This document shows, one piece after another, positions 1 to 9,047 of a stretch of 64,000 nucleotides of DNA. Positions within the stretch are counted from its first letter, which is position 1; each line of letters begins with the position of its first letter. The notes under the pieces are model-generated. The model saw only the letters and a list, made by a program, of their open reading frames with translations, searched no databases and had not been told where the DNA came from. This stretch comes from Candidatus Kapaibacterium sp. Lineage in GTDB: Bacteria > Pseudomonadota > Gammaproteobacteria > Burkholderiales > Burkholderiaceae_C. The stretch lies in assembly GCA_943370435.1 (NCBI GenBank), contig CALRQX020000022.1, forward strand, positions 4,313 to 68,312, given 5' to 3'. The position numbers were made by a program, and so were the translations under genes.

Positions 1-324
1 ATAAAAAATGCGCTCCTGCGCCTCGACGGCAATCACCGTGCCCCAGCCGTGCATGAACTTCGCCCATTCAATCGTGTGCACACCGATGTTGGCGCCGCCG
101 TCAATCGCCACCACACCAGGGCCAAAAAATTCACGCCGCAAACTCAGCAGCTGGGTCGCCACCTGCACTTCCGCAGGATCGAAGTAAGAGGTCTCAAAAA
201 TCTGGTGGCCCACGCCGTAACCGCGCTGCGCATCGACCATGTGGTGGTCGTTGCGGTTGACGATCATCGTGCCATGGCCGGATGACACCAGCACAAAAGG
301 CAGGGGACGCAAGTTGACGTTCAT
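1..324 (-). CDS. FkbM-family SAM-dependent methyltransferase, N-terminal part (gene runs off the left edge)
   Basis: My reverse translation from ATG at 324-322 gives MNVNLRPLPFVLVSSGHGTMIVNRNDHH...GVVAIDGGANIGVHTIEWAKF...VIAVEAQERIFY, open to position 1. The DGGANIG glycine-rich SAM motif is typical of FkbM-type methyltransferases. Not in the ORF track because it is truncated. Confidence 0.7.
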   Translation of the reverse strand, partial: MNVNLRPLPFVLVSSGHGTMIVNRNDHHMVDAQRGYGVGHQIFETSYFDPAEVQVATQLLSLRREFFGPGVVAIDGGANIGVHTIEWAKFMHGWGTVIAVEAQERIFY

Positions 325-361
325 GGCCTGCTCCTGGCAGCGCACTGCGCCCGGCGGCGTA

Positions 362-1672
362 TCAAAGCCGCACCTCGCCGTTGCCCAGAACCACGTATTT
401 CAGCGAGGTCAGGCCCTCGATGCCGACCGGGCCACGGGCGTGAAACTTGTCGGTGGAGATGCCGATTTCCGCCCCCAGGCCAAACTCGAAACCATCGGCG
501 AAGCGGGTGCTCGCATTCACCAGAACACTGGCTGAGTCGATTTCACGCAGAAACTGTTGGGCATGCATATGGTCACGCGTGAGAATCGCGTCGGTGTGGT
601 GGCTCGAATACTGGTTGATGTGGGCGATCGCTTCATCGACACCGGCGACGACCTTGATGCTGATGATGGGTGCCAGGTATTCCTCGTACCAGTCCTGCTC
701 GGTGGCGGGCAGCAAGCGGGCCTGGGCCACTGGCGCCAGCATGGCCTGCGCTTCGGCATCACAACGCATCTCCACACCCTTGGCCGCATAAATCGCGCCG
801 ATTCTTGGCAGAAAATCAGCCGCCACAGCGCGCGCCACCAGCAGTCCTTCGCTGGCATTGCAGGGGCTGTACTTCTGGGTTTTGGCGTTGTCGGCCACAG
901 CGACTGCCATGTCGATGTCGCACGGGTCATCGACATACACATGGCAGTTGCCGTCCAGGTGTTTGATGACCGGCACTTTGGCATCACGGCTGACACGTTC
1001 TATCAGGCCCTTGCCGCCGCGCGGAATGATCACATCGACAAACTGCGCCATGGTGATCAACAGGCCCACGGCTTCGCGGTCTGTCGTCGGCACCAGTTGC
1101 ACCGCAGCGGCCGGCAGCCCCGCATCGCCCAGCGCCTGCTGCACCAGTGCGGCCAGTGCCTTGTTCGACTCAATCGCCTCGGAGCCGCCGCGCAAAATGC
1201 AGGCGTTGCCGCTTTTGATGGCCAGCGACGCCGCCTCAATCGTCACATTCGGGCGGCTTTCGTAAATCATGCCAAACACGCCGATAGGCACACGCATCTG
1301 GCCGACGCGGATGCCGCTGGGCTGCTGCTTCATGCCGATGATCTCGCCGATCACGTCGGGCATGGCCGCCAGCTGCTCGCAGCCCTGGGCCACGGTGGCC
1401 AGTATTTTCGGGCTCAGGACCAGGCGATCGACCAGCGGCGCGGCCAGGCCGGCGGCTCTGGCGCGCTCAAGGTCCAGTTGGTTCGCCGCCTGCAGCGCCG
1501 CCGTCTGGCTGCGCAGCAAGGCCGCGAGACCCAAAAGCGCTTTGTTTTTGATAGCTGTTGGCGCCCGTGCCATATGGGCTGCAGACGTTTTTGCCTGAGA
1601 ACCCAGGGTCAGCATCAGTGCCGGCAGGGCGCTGCGGGCGGCCAGGGCGTCGGGAGAGTCGGGCGCGTTCAT
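362..1672 (-). CDS. proA: gamma-glutamyl phosphate reductase
   Basis: 436-aa ORF, full-length ProA-like ([56 protein letters not shown]). A later start at Met20 (1615) would align better with the E. coli N-terminus as I recall it. Confidence 0.93.
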   Translation of the reverse strand: MNAPDSPDALAARSALPALMLTLGSQAKTSAAHMARAPTAIKNKALLGLAALLRSQTAALQAANQLDLERARAAGLAAPLVDRLVLSPKILATVAQGCEQLAAMPDVIGEIIGMKQQPSGIRVGQMRVPIGVFGMIYESRPNVTIEAASLAIKSGNACILRGGSEAIESNKALAALVQQALGDAGLPAAAVQLVPTTDREAVGLLITMAQFVDVIIPRGGKGLIERVSRDAKVPVIKHLDGNCHVYVDDPCDIDMAVAVADNAKTQKYSPCNASEGLLVARAVAADFLPRIGAIYAAKGVEMRCDAEAQAMLAPVAQARLLPATEQDWYEEYLAPIISIKVVAGVDEAIAHINQYSSHHTDAILTRDHMHAQQFLREIDSASVLVNASTRFADGFEFGLGAEIGISTDKFHARGPVGIEGLTSLKYVVLGNGEVRL

Positions 1673-1687
1673 GCCGCCATTTTGCCT

Positions 1688-2272
1688 CTAAACAGGGGCG
1701 GTGAACGGCGGCACGCCCCGGCGCCGCATCATGTCCCGGCTCATGGCCCGCAGGGCGTCGCCCTTCAGCGTGGCCTGCGCCGCGGGATAGGCCAGCTGGT
1801 CCTCGTCTGCCAGGTGCCGCTGGTACAGCGCGGCAAATGCCTGCAGGGCGGAAGTCTGTTCTGGCAGCAGCGCGGTCCAGCCTGCGGCCGGGCCGTCGGC
1901 CAGCGCCGCCAGAACACGGCGCGCCGCAGGCCAGGCCACTTCCATCGCGCGATGATCGTCCAGCAGCCGCTGCACCAGGCTGCGCAGGCCGGCGTCCGGT
2001 CCGGCCAGCAGCGGCGGAAACACATGGATCTCCTCGTCCTGGTGGTGCAGCGGCGCAGCCAGGTCAAAGTAGCGCATCACATCGCTGGCGGCCTGGCGGG
2101 CGGAGTCGTCGCAGCCGCGCTCCAGCAAGTGTTGTTGCAGGCGGGTGAGCAAAACCAGCATGCGCTCGACCCGTTCGTGGCAGGCGGCGAGCATTTCGAA
2201 CGGCGCTTCAAAACCCGCCCCCGGCGTGTGCAGGCCCGACAAGGCCGCTGCCGGCTGCGCCCGCCGCAGCAC
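1688..2272 (-). CDS. hemerythrin (HHE cation-binding) domain protein
   Basis: C-terminal ~190 aa of ORF 1688..2518: MLAACHERVERM...RYFDLAAPLHHQDEEIHVFP...YQRHLADED, the H/HxxxE di-iron pattern. The upstream part of the ORF overlaps the previous gene. Start uncertain: GTG at 2272 (7 nt after the upstream stop) or ATG at 2194. Confidence 0.7.
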   Translation of the reverse strand: MLRRAQPAAALSGLHTPGAGFEAPFEMLAACHERVERMLVLLTRLQQHLLERGCDDSARQAASDVMRYFDLAAPLHHQDEEIHVFPPLLAGPDAGLRSLVQRLLDDHRAMEVAWPAARRVLAALADGPAAGWTALLPEQTSALQAFAALYQRHLADEDQLAYPAAQATLKGDALRAMSRDMMRRRGVPPFTAPV

Positions 2273-2279
2273 CCCCTTG

Positions 2280-2684
2280 TCAGCCAAACTGCACCGGCTG
2301 CCCCTGGGGGTCAAATGGAATGAAGGCGCCAATGTTTCCCTGCTTGATGGACTCGACCATGCGCTGCAGGGGTTCTTCTGCATCGTCGCTGCTGGGCGCG
2401 CGGTCCGCCCGGCCGCCCAGGGCGGCCGCAAACACCAGGCCCCAGGCGTGGCCGAACTGATGGGATTCCTGCACCAGCGCGGCAAACGAGCTGAGCTCTT
2501 CGGGACGTTTGTCGACACACATCAGCGGCACCAGCGCGCCCCCCTGGCCGGCTGCAAAACGCTCGCGCTGCACCGGGGTGCTGTCCTCAGGCAGCTCCAC
2601 ACCGGTAAAAACAAACAGCAAGCGCTGCGGCTGGCTCTGCGCGCGGGCGGCCTGCAGCAAATCGTCAAAACTCAGAATGTCCAT
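2280..2684 (-). CDS. hypothetical small acidic protein (134 aa), unknown function
   Basis: ORF with an ATG start, non-shadow amino-acid composition (MDILSFDDLLQAARAQ...IKQGNIGAFIPFDPQGQPVQFG), packed between the nitroreductase and hemerythrin genes. I recognise no motif. Confidence 0.6.
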   Translation of the reverse strand: MDILSFDDLLQAARAQSQPQRLLFVFTGVELPEDSTPVQRERFAAGQGGALVPLMCVDKRPEELSSFAALVQESHQFGHAWGLVFAAALGGRADRAPSSDDAEEPLQRMVESIKQGNIGAFIPFDPQGQPVQFG

Positions 2685-2711
2685 GGCTTGGTCCAGTCAC
2701 AAAAAGAAAAA

Positions 2712-3371
2712 TCAGCCGGGCTGCGACGCGCTGTCGCCGCAGGAAGAAAGGCAGTGAACAAAATCGGCCGGCACCGGACGCAGCCGCGCAGGCCGGCGCG
2801 CGCGCGCCGTGCCCAGGCTGACAAAACACAGCGCATGATCGGCATCCGTCAGCTTGAACAGCTGGCGCAGGCCGGCTGACTTCAGCGCCTTGCCACTGGT
2901 CAGTGCCGATGCAAAGCCGAGCGCTGTGGCCATGAGCAGCAGGTTCTGCACGGCGCAGCCGGCAGACACTATACGTTCGTGCAGGTCGATTTCGGGGTCG
3001 CCGCGCTGGCCATCGACCACCAGCAGCAACAGCAGCGGCGCACGATGCGCTTTTTCACGCGCCTGCGCCAGCTGCGCGACGCTGGCCTGGGCATCACGCG
3101 CCAGCAGGGCCTCGGCAAACACCTCGGCCAGCGCCGCGCGCGAGGCCGCCGGCACCTGCAGCAGACGCCAGGGCAGCAACTGGCCGTGATCGGGCGCTGT
3201 GGCTGCGGCAGAAAAAATCATCTCGAGCTGGGCGGCATCCGGGCCGGGCGCAAACAGGTGTTTGGGCAAAATCGTCTGGCGTGTGTCCATCAAGGCTGCG
3301 GCCATGGACGCCGTGTCGCGCCCGGCCGCAGCAGTTGCAGCAGCACGGAGCGGGGCAGGCATCAGCGTCAT
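2712..3371 (-). CDS. nitroreductase-family flavoprotein
   Basis: ORF 2712..3437: ...ILPKHLFAPGPDAAQLEMIFSAAATAPDHGQLLPWRLL...SAGCAVQNLLLMATALGFA..., a typical nitroreductase fold signature. Start ambiguous (ATGs at 3398, 3371, 3362, 3305, 3290). Confidence 0.75.
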   Translation of the reverse strand: MTLMPAPLRAAATAAAGRDTASMAAALMDTRQTILPKHLFAPGPDAAQLEMIFSAAATAPDHGQLLPWRLLQVPAASRAALAEVFAEALLARDAQASVAQLAQAREKAHRAPLLLLLVVDGQRGDPEIDLHERIVSAGCAVQNLLLMATALGFASALTSGKALKSAGLRQLFKLTDADHALCFVSLGTARARRPARLRPVPADFVHCLSSCGDSASQPG

Positions 3372-3381
3372 CGGCAAGCCA

Positions 3382-4704
3382 TCAGCCGGGGCGGCCATCG
3401 GCACGCGGGCGACCGTACCAGCTGGCCAGCCGCCCACCCCATGCCAGCATCACGGCGGTCCAGAGCGTGGCCGCCGCAAGCAGCAGCCAGGCCGCCAGCG
3501 GGCTTTGCGCGGCAGCAATGAGGCGCAGCACAGTCGCCGCCTGCAGCAGCCAGAACAGTGCCCAGATCCGCCCGTCTGCCACCAGCGCGCGGCCGCTGTG
3601 GCCACAGGAGACCCGCGTCACCATGGCCAGCATCAGCGAAGCCAGACAGCCCATGGTCAGCGCATGCAGCGAACCCAGGGCCAGCACCGGTCCGCCCTGC
3701 AAGTACCCCAGCCATTGCGACAGGCCACCGAGCAGCAGCGCCAGAGCCAGCCAGACGAAACCAATGTGCAACATCGCGAGCAGGCGATTTTTGAGGCTTT
3801 GCACCAGACCCCAGACGACGGCCAGCCAGAGCAGAACGGCGCCGGCAGCCAGTTCCAGGCTGCCGCGCAGCGCCATCCACCACGCGCCCGCCAGTCCTTG
3901 GGGTGGCCCCTGCCACTCGACCCAGACCGCCGCCACCTCACCGGCTGCTACGGCCAGCATCAGCCACAGCGCCCAGAAAGGTCGCCAGGCGTCGATCAGC
4001 GGCATCGCGCTGGACGTAAAAAACGGAATCATGCGGTGCGCCACCACCATGTACACCACCACGACAAAACCCCACAGGCCGGTGAGCACCCAGGCCCGTG
4101 CCAGCGCCGGCAGGCCCAGAAAAAGACAAAGCGCCACGCCCGCCAGACTCAGGCAGCCGACCACGCAGGCCACACCCACGCTGCGTGCGTGCAGCTGGTC
4201 TTCGGCCCGGCTGCACCGTATCAGGCGCCAGAACATCAGCGTGACCCAGCTCAGCCCGGCGCAGGCCAGCACCAGCCCGGCCAGGGCCGTCAGGCCATGC
4301 AGGTGGGCAGCCGTGAGCCAGAGCAGCCAGCCGCCGGCTTGCAGCAGCAGCGGCGCCAGCACCTGCCGCGCGGCGGGCGGCGCGACCGCCAGCCACTTCG
4401 GACCGGCAGTGAACAGAAAGCCCGAGAAAAACAGCGGCAGAAAACCAAAAGTCATCACCGCGCCATGCACCAGCGATGGCGACAAGGCATAGGGCAGGCT
4501 CAGCAGCCCGCTGACGCGGTCCAGCTGAACCAGCACCCACCAGGCGCCCGCGCCCGCCAGCACTCCCATGGCCAGAAAAAACCCGAGCCGGTGCGGCGCC
4601 AGCAACAGGTGCGCGGCGCGCCAGCGCGGGTCCAGCAGCAGGCGCGCACCGGCAGGCGGCTTGCCGGTCAGGCCTGCTTTGGCCATGCCGGACGGCTGAC
4701 TCAT
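3382..4704 (-). CDS. nnrS: NnrS-family heme/copper membrane protein (NO-response associated)
   Basis: Polytopic membrane protein of about 440 aa from Met78 of ORF 3382..4935 (MSQPSGMAKAG...LLLAPHRLGFFLAMG...). Its ATG (4704-4702) overlaps the nrdJ TGA (4703-4701) as ATGA. The upstream ORF extension lies inside nrdJ. Confidence 0.8.
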   Translation of the reverse strand: MSQPSGMAKAGLTGKPPAGARLLLDPRWRAAHLLLAPHRLGFFLAMGVLAGAGAWWVLVQLDRVSGLLSLPYALSPSLVHGAVMTFGFLPLFFSGFLFTAGPKWLAVAPPAARQVLAPLLLQAGGWLLWLTAAHLHGLTALAGLVLACAGLSWVTLMFWRLIRCSRAEDQLHARSVGVACVVGCLSLAGVALCLFLGLPALARAWVLTGLWGFVVVVYMVVAHRMIPFFTSSAMPLIDAWRPFWALWLMLAVAAGEVAAVWVEWQGPPQGLAGAWWMALRGSLELAAGAVLLWLAVVWGLVQSLKNRLLAMLHIGFVWLALALLLGGLSQWLGYLQGGPVLALGSLHALTMGCLASLMLAMVTRVSCGHSGRALVADGRIWALFWLLQAATVLRLIAAAQSPLAAWLLLAAATLWTAVMLAWGGRLASWYGRPRADGRPG

Positions 4705-7106
4705 CCGCAGGTCCCCAGGTGCCCGCACTGCGTGCAGTAGTCGCAGCCGTCCTTGCGGATCATCGCGTGGGCACCACACTCGCTGCATTTTCTGCCTGCC
4801 ATCACCGGCGAGGACAAGGCCGTGTCCAGGGGCGGCTGCGCAGCCGGCACAGGGCTGGCGCCCGCCGGCCGGGTACGCCGGGCGATGATGTTCTGCACCG
4901 CGTAGGCAATTGCCGCCACCTCGGAGTCGTGCCACAGCGGCACATGGGTGCCGTCGGCTTTTTCATGGGTTCCGAGGCGCACCGGCCCGCGGTCCCAGGC
5001 CACCTTGCGCATGTCACTGAGCGCCCGCTCGAGAAAGCCGCCGCGCGCGGCCAGCGACAACATGCGCATGCTCGAGGTGATCCATTGCTGCGACTCTCCG
5101 CTCTGGCCCACCGGCATGAAAAACTCGATCGCGCGCTCGACCGTGCCTTCTCCGGTGGCAGCCGGGACCGGCAGGAAAGACACCACGATGTACAGCGTCT
5201 TGTGCCCTTCCTGCGTCCAGTAATCCACTTTTTCGGCCACTGCAGGCAGCGCGCCTTTGGGACGGCTTTCGATCACGCTGCGCATCGGGTCCGCGGGCGC
5301 TGCTGCGCCAGGCCCGGCAGGCTCATCGGTGTCCAGCACCGAGCCGAGAATCGCGTTGGGCCGGTAGGTGGCCAGGCCCTTGAGCCGGGCGCGCCAGGCC
5401 TGCTGGTACAGGCTCTTGAAGTCCTCGTAAGGCGTGTCGGCCGGCACATTGACGGTTTTGGAAATCGCCGTGTCCACCAGCGGCTGCACCGCCTGCATCA
5501 TGGCAATGTGGCTGGCGGCGGACATGTCGAGCGCCGAGACAAAGTAGCCCGGCAGCTGCTTGACATCGCCGCCGAGCTCCCGGTACAGGCGCCAGGCGTG
5601 GTCTTGCACCGCATAGTCCGTGCTGCTGCCATCGGCCTCGCGCTTTTTGCGCCTGTAGGTCCACGAAAACGAAGGTTCAATGCCATTGGAAGCGTTGTCG
5701 GCAAAGGCCAGGCTGACGGTGCCGGTCGGGGCAATCGACAGCAGATGGCTGTTGCGGATGCCGTCGGCCCGGATCGCCTGTTGCAGCGCGGCCGGCAAGC
5801 GGCTGGCAAAGGTGCCGGGCGCCAGATAGGCCTCGGCATCAAATTGGGGGAACACGCCTTTTTCGCGGGCCAGCGCGACCGACGCAGCATAGGCCGCATC
5901 CCGCATGCACAGGGCAATACGCGCCGCCATCTCACAACCTTCGGCAGCGTCGTAACGCAGGCACAACATGGCCAGGGTATTGCCCAGGCCGGTGAACCCG
6001 ACACCGATACGGCGTTTGGCGGCGGCCTCGGCCTGCTGTTGCGGCAGCGGCCAGTAGGTCAGGTCCAGCACATTGTCCAGCGCCCGCACCTGTATGCTCA
6101 CCGACTTCGCAAACGCGGCGAAATCAAAATCCGCCACGCCGTTGAAGCCAAACGGATGGCGCACAAAACGCGTCAGGATGATGGGCCCGAGGTCGCAGCA
6201 GCCGTACGGAGGAAGCGGTTGCTCGCCACAGGGATTGGTCGCTGCGATGTCTTCGCAATAACGCAGGTTGTTGTCCTGGTTGATGGTGTCCAGAAACAGG
6301 ATGCCCGGCTCGGCAAAGTCGTAGGCCGAGCGCATCACGGTGTCCCACAACTCGCGCGCCGCCACCGTCTGGTACACCCACATGCCGTCGGCACGCTGGA
6401 ACGCGCCCTGCGCCATCAGATCGGCACCGGGCCTGGCCTTGTGCACCAGCTCCCAGGGCTGGTCCTGGGCCAGCGCCTGCATGAAGCTGTCGGGCACAGC
6501 CACCGACACGTTGAAGTTGTTCCAGCGCCCGGGTGTGCGTTTGGCAGTGATGAACTCGTGCACATCGGGATGTTCGATCCTCAGCACCCCCATCTGCGCG
6601 CCGCGCCGCGCGCCGGCGCTTTCGACGGTGGAGCAGGAATGGTCAAACACATTGATGTAGCTGCACGGGCCCGATGCCATGGAAGCGGTCGCCTTGACCT
6701 CGGCGCCGCGCGGCCGGATGCGGGAAAAATCGTAACCGACACCACCACCGCGCCGCATGGTTTCTGCCGCTTCGCGCAGCGCTTCATAAATGCCAGGATA
6801 GCCGCCCTCATCAACGCCCTGGATGCAGTCCCCCACCGGCTGGACAAAGCAGTTGATCAGCGTGGCCTGGATCGCCGTGCCGGCCGCGCTCATGATGCGG
6901 CCCGCACCAATCGCACCGGCGTGCAGGTTCTCCAGAAACAGCGCCTCATGCGCGGCACGCCCGGCTTGCGGCTCCACCGAGGCCAGCGCCCGGGCCACGC
7001 GCCGGTAGATGTCTTCAACGCCGGTTTCACCGGGCTTGAGGTATTTTTCCCGCAGCACATCCTGGGTGATGGGCTGGGTGTCCGTCAGGTCCTGGGGACG
7101 TTCCAT
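4701..7106 (-). CDS. nrdJ: adenosylcobalamin-dependent (class II) ribonucleoside-diphosphate reductase
   Basis: 801 aa from MERPQDLTDTQPITQDVLREKYL...: NPCGEQPLPPYGCCDLG active-site region, LLSIAPTGT, and a C-terminal Cys-rich tail CSECGAHAMIRKDGCDYCTQCGHLGTCG. Confidence 0.93.
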   Translation of the reverse strand: MERPQDLTDTQPITQDVLREKYLKPGETGVEDIYRRVARALASVEPQAGRAAHEALFLENLHAGAIGAGRIMSAAGTAIQATLINCFVQPVGDCIQGVDEGGYPGIYEALREAAETMRRGGGVGYDFSRIRPRGAEVKATASMASGPCSYINVFDHSCSTVESAGARRGAQMGVLRIEHPDVHEFITAKRTPGRWNNFNVSVAVPDSFMQALAQDQPWELVHKARPGADLMAQGAFQRADGMWVYQTVAARELWDTVMRSAYDFAEPGILFLDTINQDNNLRYCEDIAATNPCGEQPLPPYGCCDLGPIILTRFVRHPFGFNGVADFDFAAFAKSVSIQVRALDNVLDLTYWPLPQQQAEAAAKRRIGVGFTGLGNTLAMLCLRYDAAEGCEMAARIALCMRDAAYAASVALAREKGVFPQFDAEAYLAPGTFASRLPAALQQAIRADGIRNSHLLSIAPTGTVSLAFADNASNGIEPSFSWTYRRKKREADGSSTDYAVQDHAWRLYRELGGDVKQLPGYFVSALDMSAASHIAMMQAVQPLVDTAISKTVNVPADTPYEDFKSLYQQAWRARLKGLATYRPNAILGSVLDTDEPAGPGAAAPADPMRSVIESRPKGALPAVAEKVDYWTQEGHKTLYIVVSFLPVPAATGEGTVERAIEFFMPVGQSGESQQWITSSMRMLSLAARGGFLERALSDMRKVAWDRGPVRLGTHEKADGTHVPLWHDSEVAAIAYAVQNIIARRTRPAGASPVPAAQPPLDTALSSPVMAGRKCSECGAHAMIRKDGCDYCTQCGHLGTCG

Positions 7107-7117
7107 GGAATCGCGTT

Positions 7118-8377
7118 TCACGTGGGTGCTCCTGCGATGGACACTGCGGGCCGGATACCGCCCAGCAGCCACTGCATCAATTCTTGCACTGAACGGATCT
7201 GGTCGCCAAACGGCAGGCGGGCAGCACCACGGAAGAAAAGGCCTTTACGCGTATTGCCGTCAAAGGCATGACCGAGCTGCTGGTCGATGCAGAACTGGCC
7301 CATGCTGCCCACACCATCACGCAGGCCGCAATGCACAAGACAGTCAAACGACATATTGCATTTGGCCTTGACATGGGCCCCCGCCTGGAGTCTGGGCTCG
7401 AGCCGGATGTATTTCTCGAGCCAGGGGGTGCGCACTGCGCGCGCCGGCAGACCGGCCACGCTGATGAACTCCACCATGTCCTCGGGCCTGGCCTCGGCCA
7501 GCACCTTCTTGAAGGCGGGATCGGCATCACATTCCTGCGTGACGGCAAACGCCGTGCCCAGTTGCACCGCCGAGGCGCCCAGGGCCTGCAGGCGCAGGAT
7601 GTCATCGCGGCAATTGATGCCGCCGGCGGCAATCAGCGGAATCTCGCGCTCAATACCGGCTGTTTTGAAAAATTCCAGCACCTGGGGAATGACCACGTCG
7701 AAGTCAAACCGCGGATCGTGCAGGTCCGCGACCTTTGCGGCGCCCAGATGCCCGCCGGCCAGACCGGGGTGCTCGATCACGATGGCATCGGGCAGCCGTC
7801 CTTTTTTCTGCCACTTGCGCACCAGCAATTGCACGCCGCGCGCGTCCGACAGGATGGGGATCAATGCGGCCCTGGGGTAGTCGCGCGCCAGGTCGGGCAG
7901 GTCCAGCGGCAGGCCGGCACCGACCACCACCGCGTCGGCACCGCTCGCCAGGGCCTGCTGCACATAGGCTTCGTAAGCACTGACGGCCTTCATCACATTG
8001 ACCGCAATCAGCCCCCGGCCCTGGGCCAGCGAACGCGCGCGGCGGATTTCACGGTCCAGCGCCTCGAGGTTGGCGCTGTCGATCAGCGCGCGCGCATCGG
8101 GCTCCTTGTCCAGGTGGCCGGTACGCGCCATCAGGTCCGGGTGCAGGCGCCGCAAGTCCACCGACGACAGGGTGCCAACACCGCCGAGCCTGGCCACGGC
8201 GCCGGCCAGCCCGCCGGCCGACACACACACGCCCATGCCGCCCTGCACCACCGGAATCATCGTTTTACCGGCCAGCCGCCAGGGTTTGAGGCCGGAATCG
8301 TCGGCCAGCGCCTGCAATACCGCGGCCGCATCGGTGCGGCTCTGCGCGGCCGGGTCAGTTGCTGATGATTTGTCCAT
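7118..8377 (-). CDS. nitronate monooxygenase / NAD(P)H-dependent flavin oxidoreductase family protein
   Basis: MIPVVQGGMGVCVSAGGLAGAVARLGGVGTLSS and IAAGGINCRDDILRLQALGASAVQLGTAF are NMO/2-nitropropane-dioxygenase TIM-barrel motifs. Start at ATG 8377 or 8389; both overlap the upstream carbonic anhydrase stop. Confidence 0.8.
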   Translation of the reverse strand: MDKSSATDPAAQSRTDAAAVLQALADDSGLKPWRLAGKTMIPVVQGGMGVCVSAGGLAGAVARLGGVGTLSSVDLRRLHPDLMARTGHLDKEPDARALIDSANLEALDREIRRARSLAQGRGLIAVNVMKAVSAYEAYVQQALASGADAVVVGAGLPLDLPDLARDYPRAALIPILSDARGVQLLVRKWQKKGRLPDAIVIEHPGLAGGHLGAAKVADLHDPRFDFDVVIPQVLEFFKTAGIEREIPLIAAGGINCRDDILRLQALGASAVQLGTAFAVTQECDADPAFKKVLAEARPEDMVEFISVAGLPARAVRTPWLEKYIRLEPRLQAGAHVKAKCNMSFDCLVHCGLRDGVGSMGQFCIDQQLGHAFDGNTRKGLFFRGAARLPFGDQIRSVQELMQWLLGGIRPAVSIAGAPT

Positions 8378-9047
8378 CGTGCTCCACATAAGGTTGGTAC
8401 GGTCCAGTGCCGCTGGTAGAGGCTATCGCGGCAGGGACAAAACTGCCTTGTCGTACATCAAAGATGTGGATTTCACCGTCCTCAATCACGTAGTGCCAGC
8501 CATGCAGTGTGAGCGCGCCGCTTTCGACCTCGCGCCTGACCATGGGGTAGTCCATCAGGCGCTCGAGTTGCAGCACCACAAGGCGTTGCTCGGTACGGCG
8601 CAGCGCCTCGGGGCTGGTTTGCACCGGCAGCAAGGCCTCGGTGGCCAGCTTGAGCCAGGCCTGCAGGGCCACCGCTTCATCCGGCACGCCTTCATACGCG
8701 GCGCGCACGGCGCCGCAGTGGCTGTGGCCGCAGACGATGATGCGCTCGACATGCAGGCTCAGAACGGCGAACTCGATGGCCGCCATGGTGCCATGCAGGC
8801 CATGTGATCCATCATAGGGGGGGATGAATGCGCCCACGTTGCGCACAATGAACAGCTCTCCCGGACCGGCGCCGGTCAGCAGGTAGGGCACGACGCGCGA
8901 ATCCGAGCAGCCGATGAACAGGGTCTTGGGGTGCTGCCCCTGCGCCACCAGGTCCTGGAAGCGCTGCTGGTGCAGCGGAAAATAGTCCGAATGAAAACGC
9001 CGCAAGCGCAGCAGCAACTCGTCGTTGGTCGCGACGTCCTCATTCAT
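8355..9047 (-). CDS. beta-class carbonic anhydrase
   Basis: From MNEDVATNDELLLRLRRFHSDYF...: zinc ligand motifs CSDSR and HSHCGA. Its ATG (9047-9045) overlaps the PPIase TGA (9046-9044). Confidence 0.9.
   Translation of the reverse strand: MNEDVATNDELLLRLRRFHSDYFPLHQQRFQDLVAQGQHPKTLFIGCSDSRVVPYLLTGAGPGELFIVRNVGAFIPPYDGSHGLHGTMAAIEFAVLSLHVERIIVCGHSHCGAVRAAYEGVPDEAVALQAWLKLATEALLPVQTSPEALRRTEQRLVVLQLERLMDYPMVRREVESGALTLHGWHYVIEDGEIHIFDVRQGSFVPAAIASTSGTGPYQPYVEHDGQIISN

Noticed and set aside
557-2323. Long plus-strand ORF (588 aa). Similar long ORFs lie opposite known genes: 3199..4740, 4719..7271 (850 aa), 13639..16140 (833 aa), 20271..22592, 21919..23619, 24930..26834, 45013..46959, 47455..48789, 56931..59018, and the alternative-frame 37838..39205.
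   Set aside because: All lie antisense to, or out of frame within, genes with unmistakable family motifs (proA, nnrS, nrdJ, narG, narX, holA, leuS, the OMP, MFS, Bug/M14, pntB). Their products are Arg/Gly/Ala/Pro/His-rich low-complexity strings typical of shadow ORFs in high-GC DNA.
7107-7117. Looked for a cobalamin riboswitch or NrdR boxes upstream of nrdJ.
   Set aside because: Only 11 nt separate nrdJ from the preceding gene, so there is no space for such elements.
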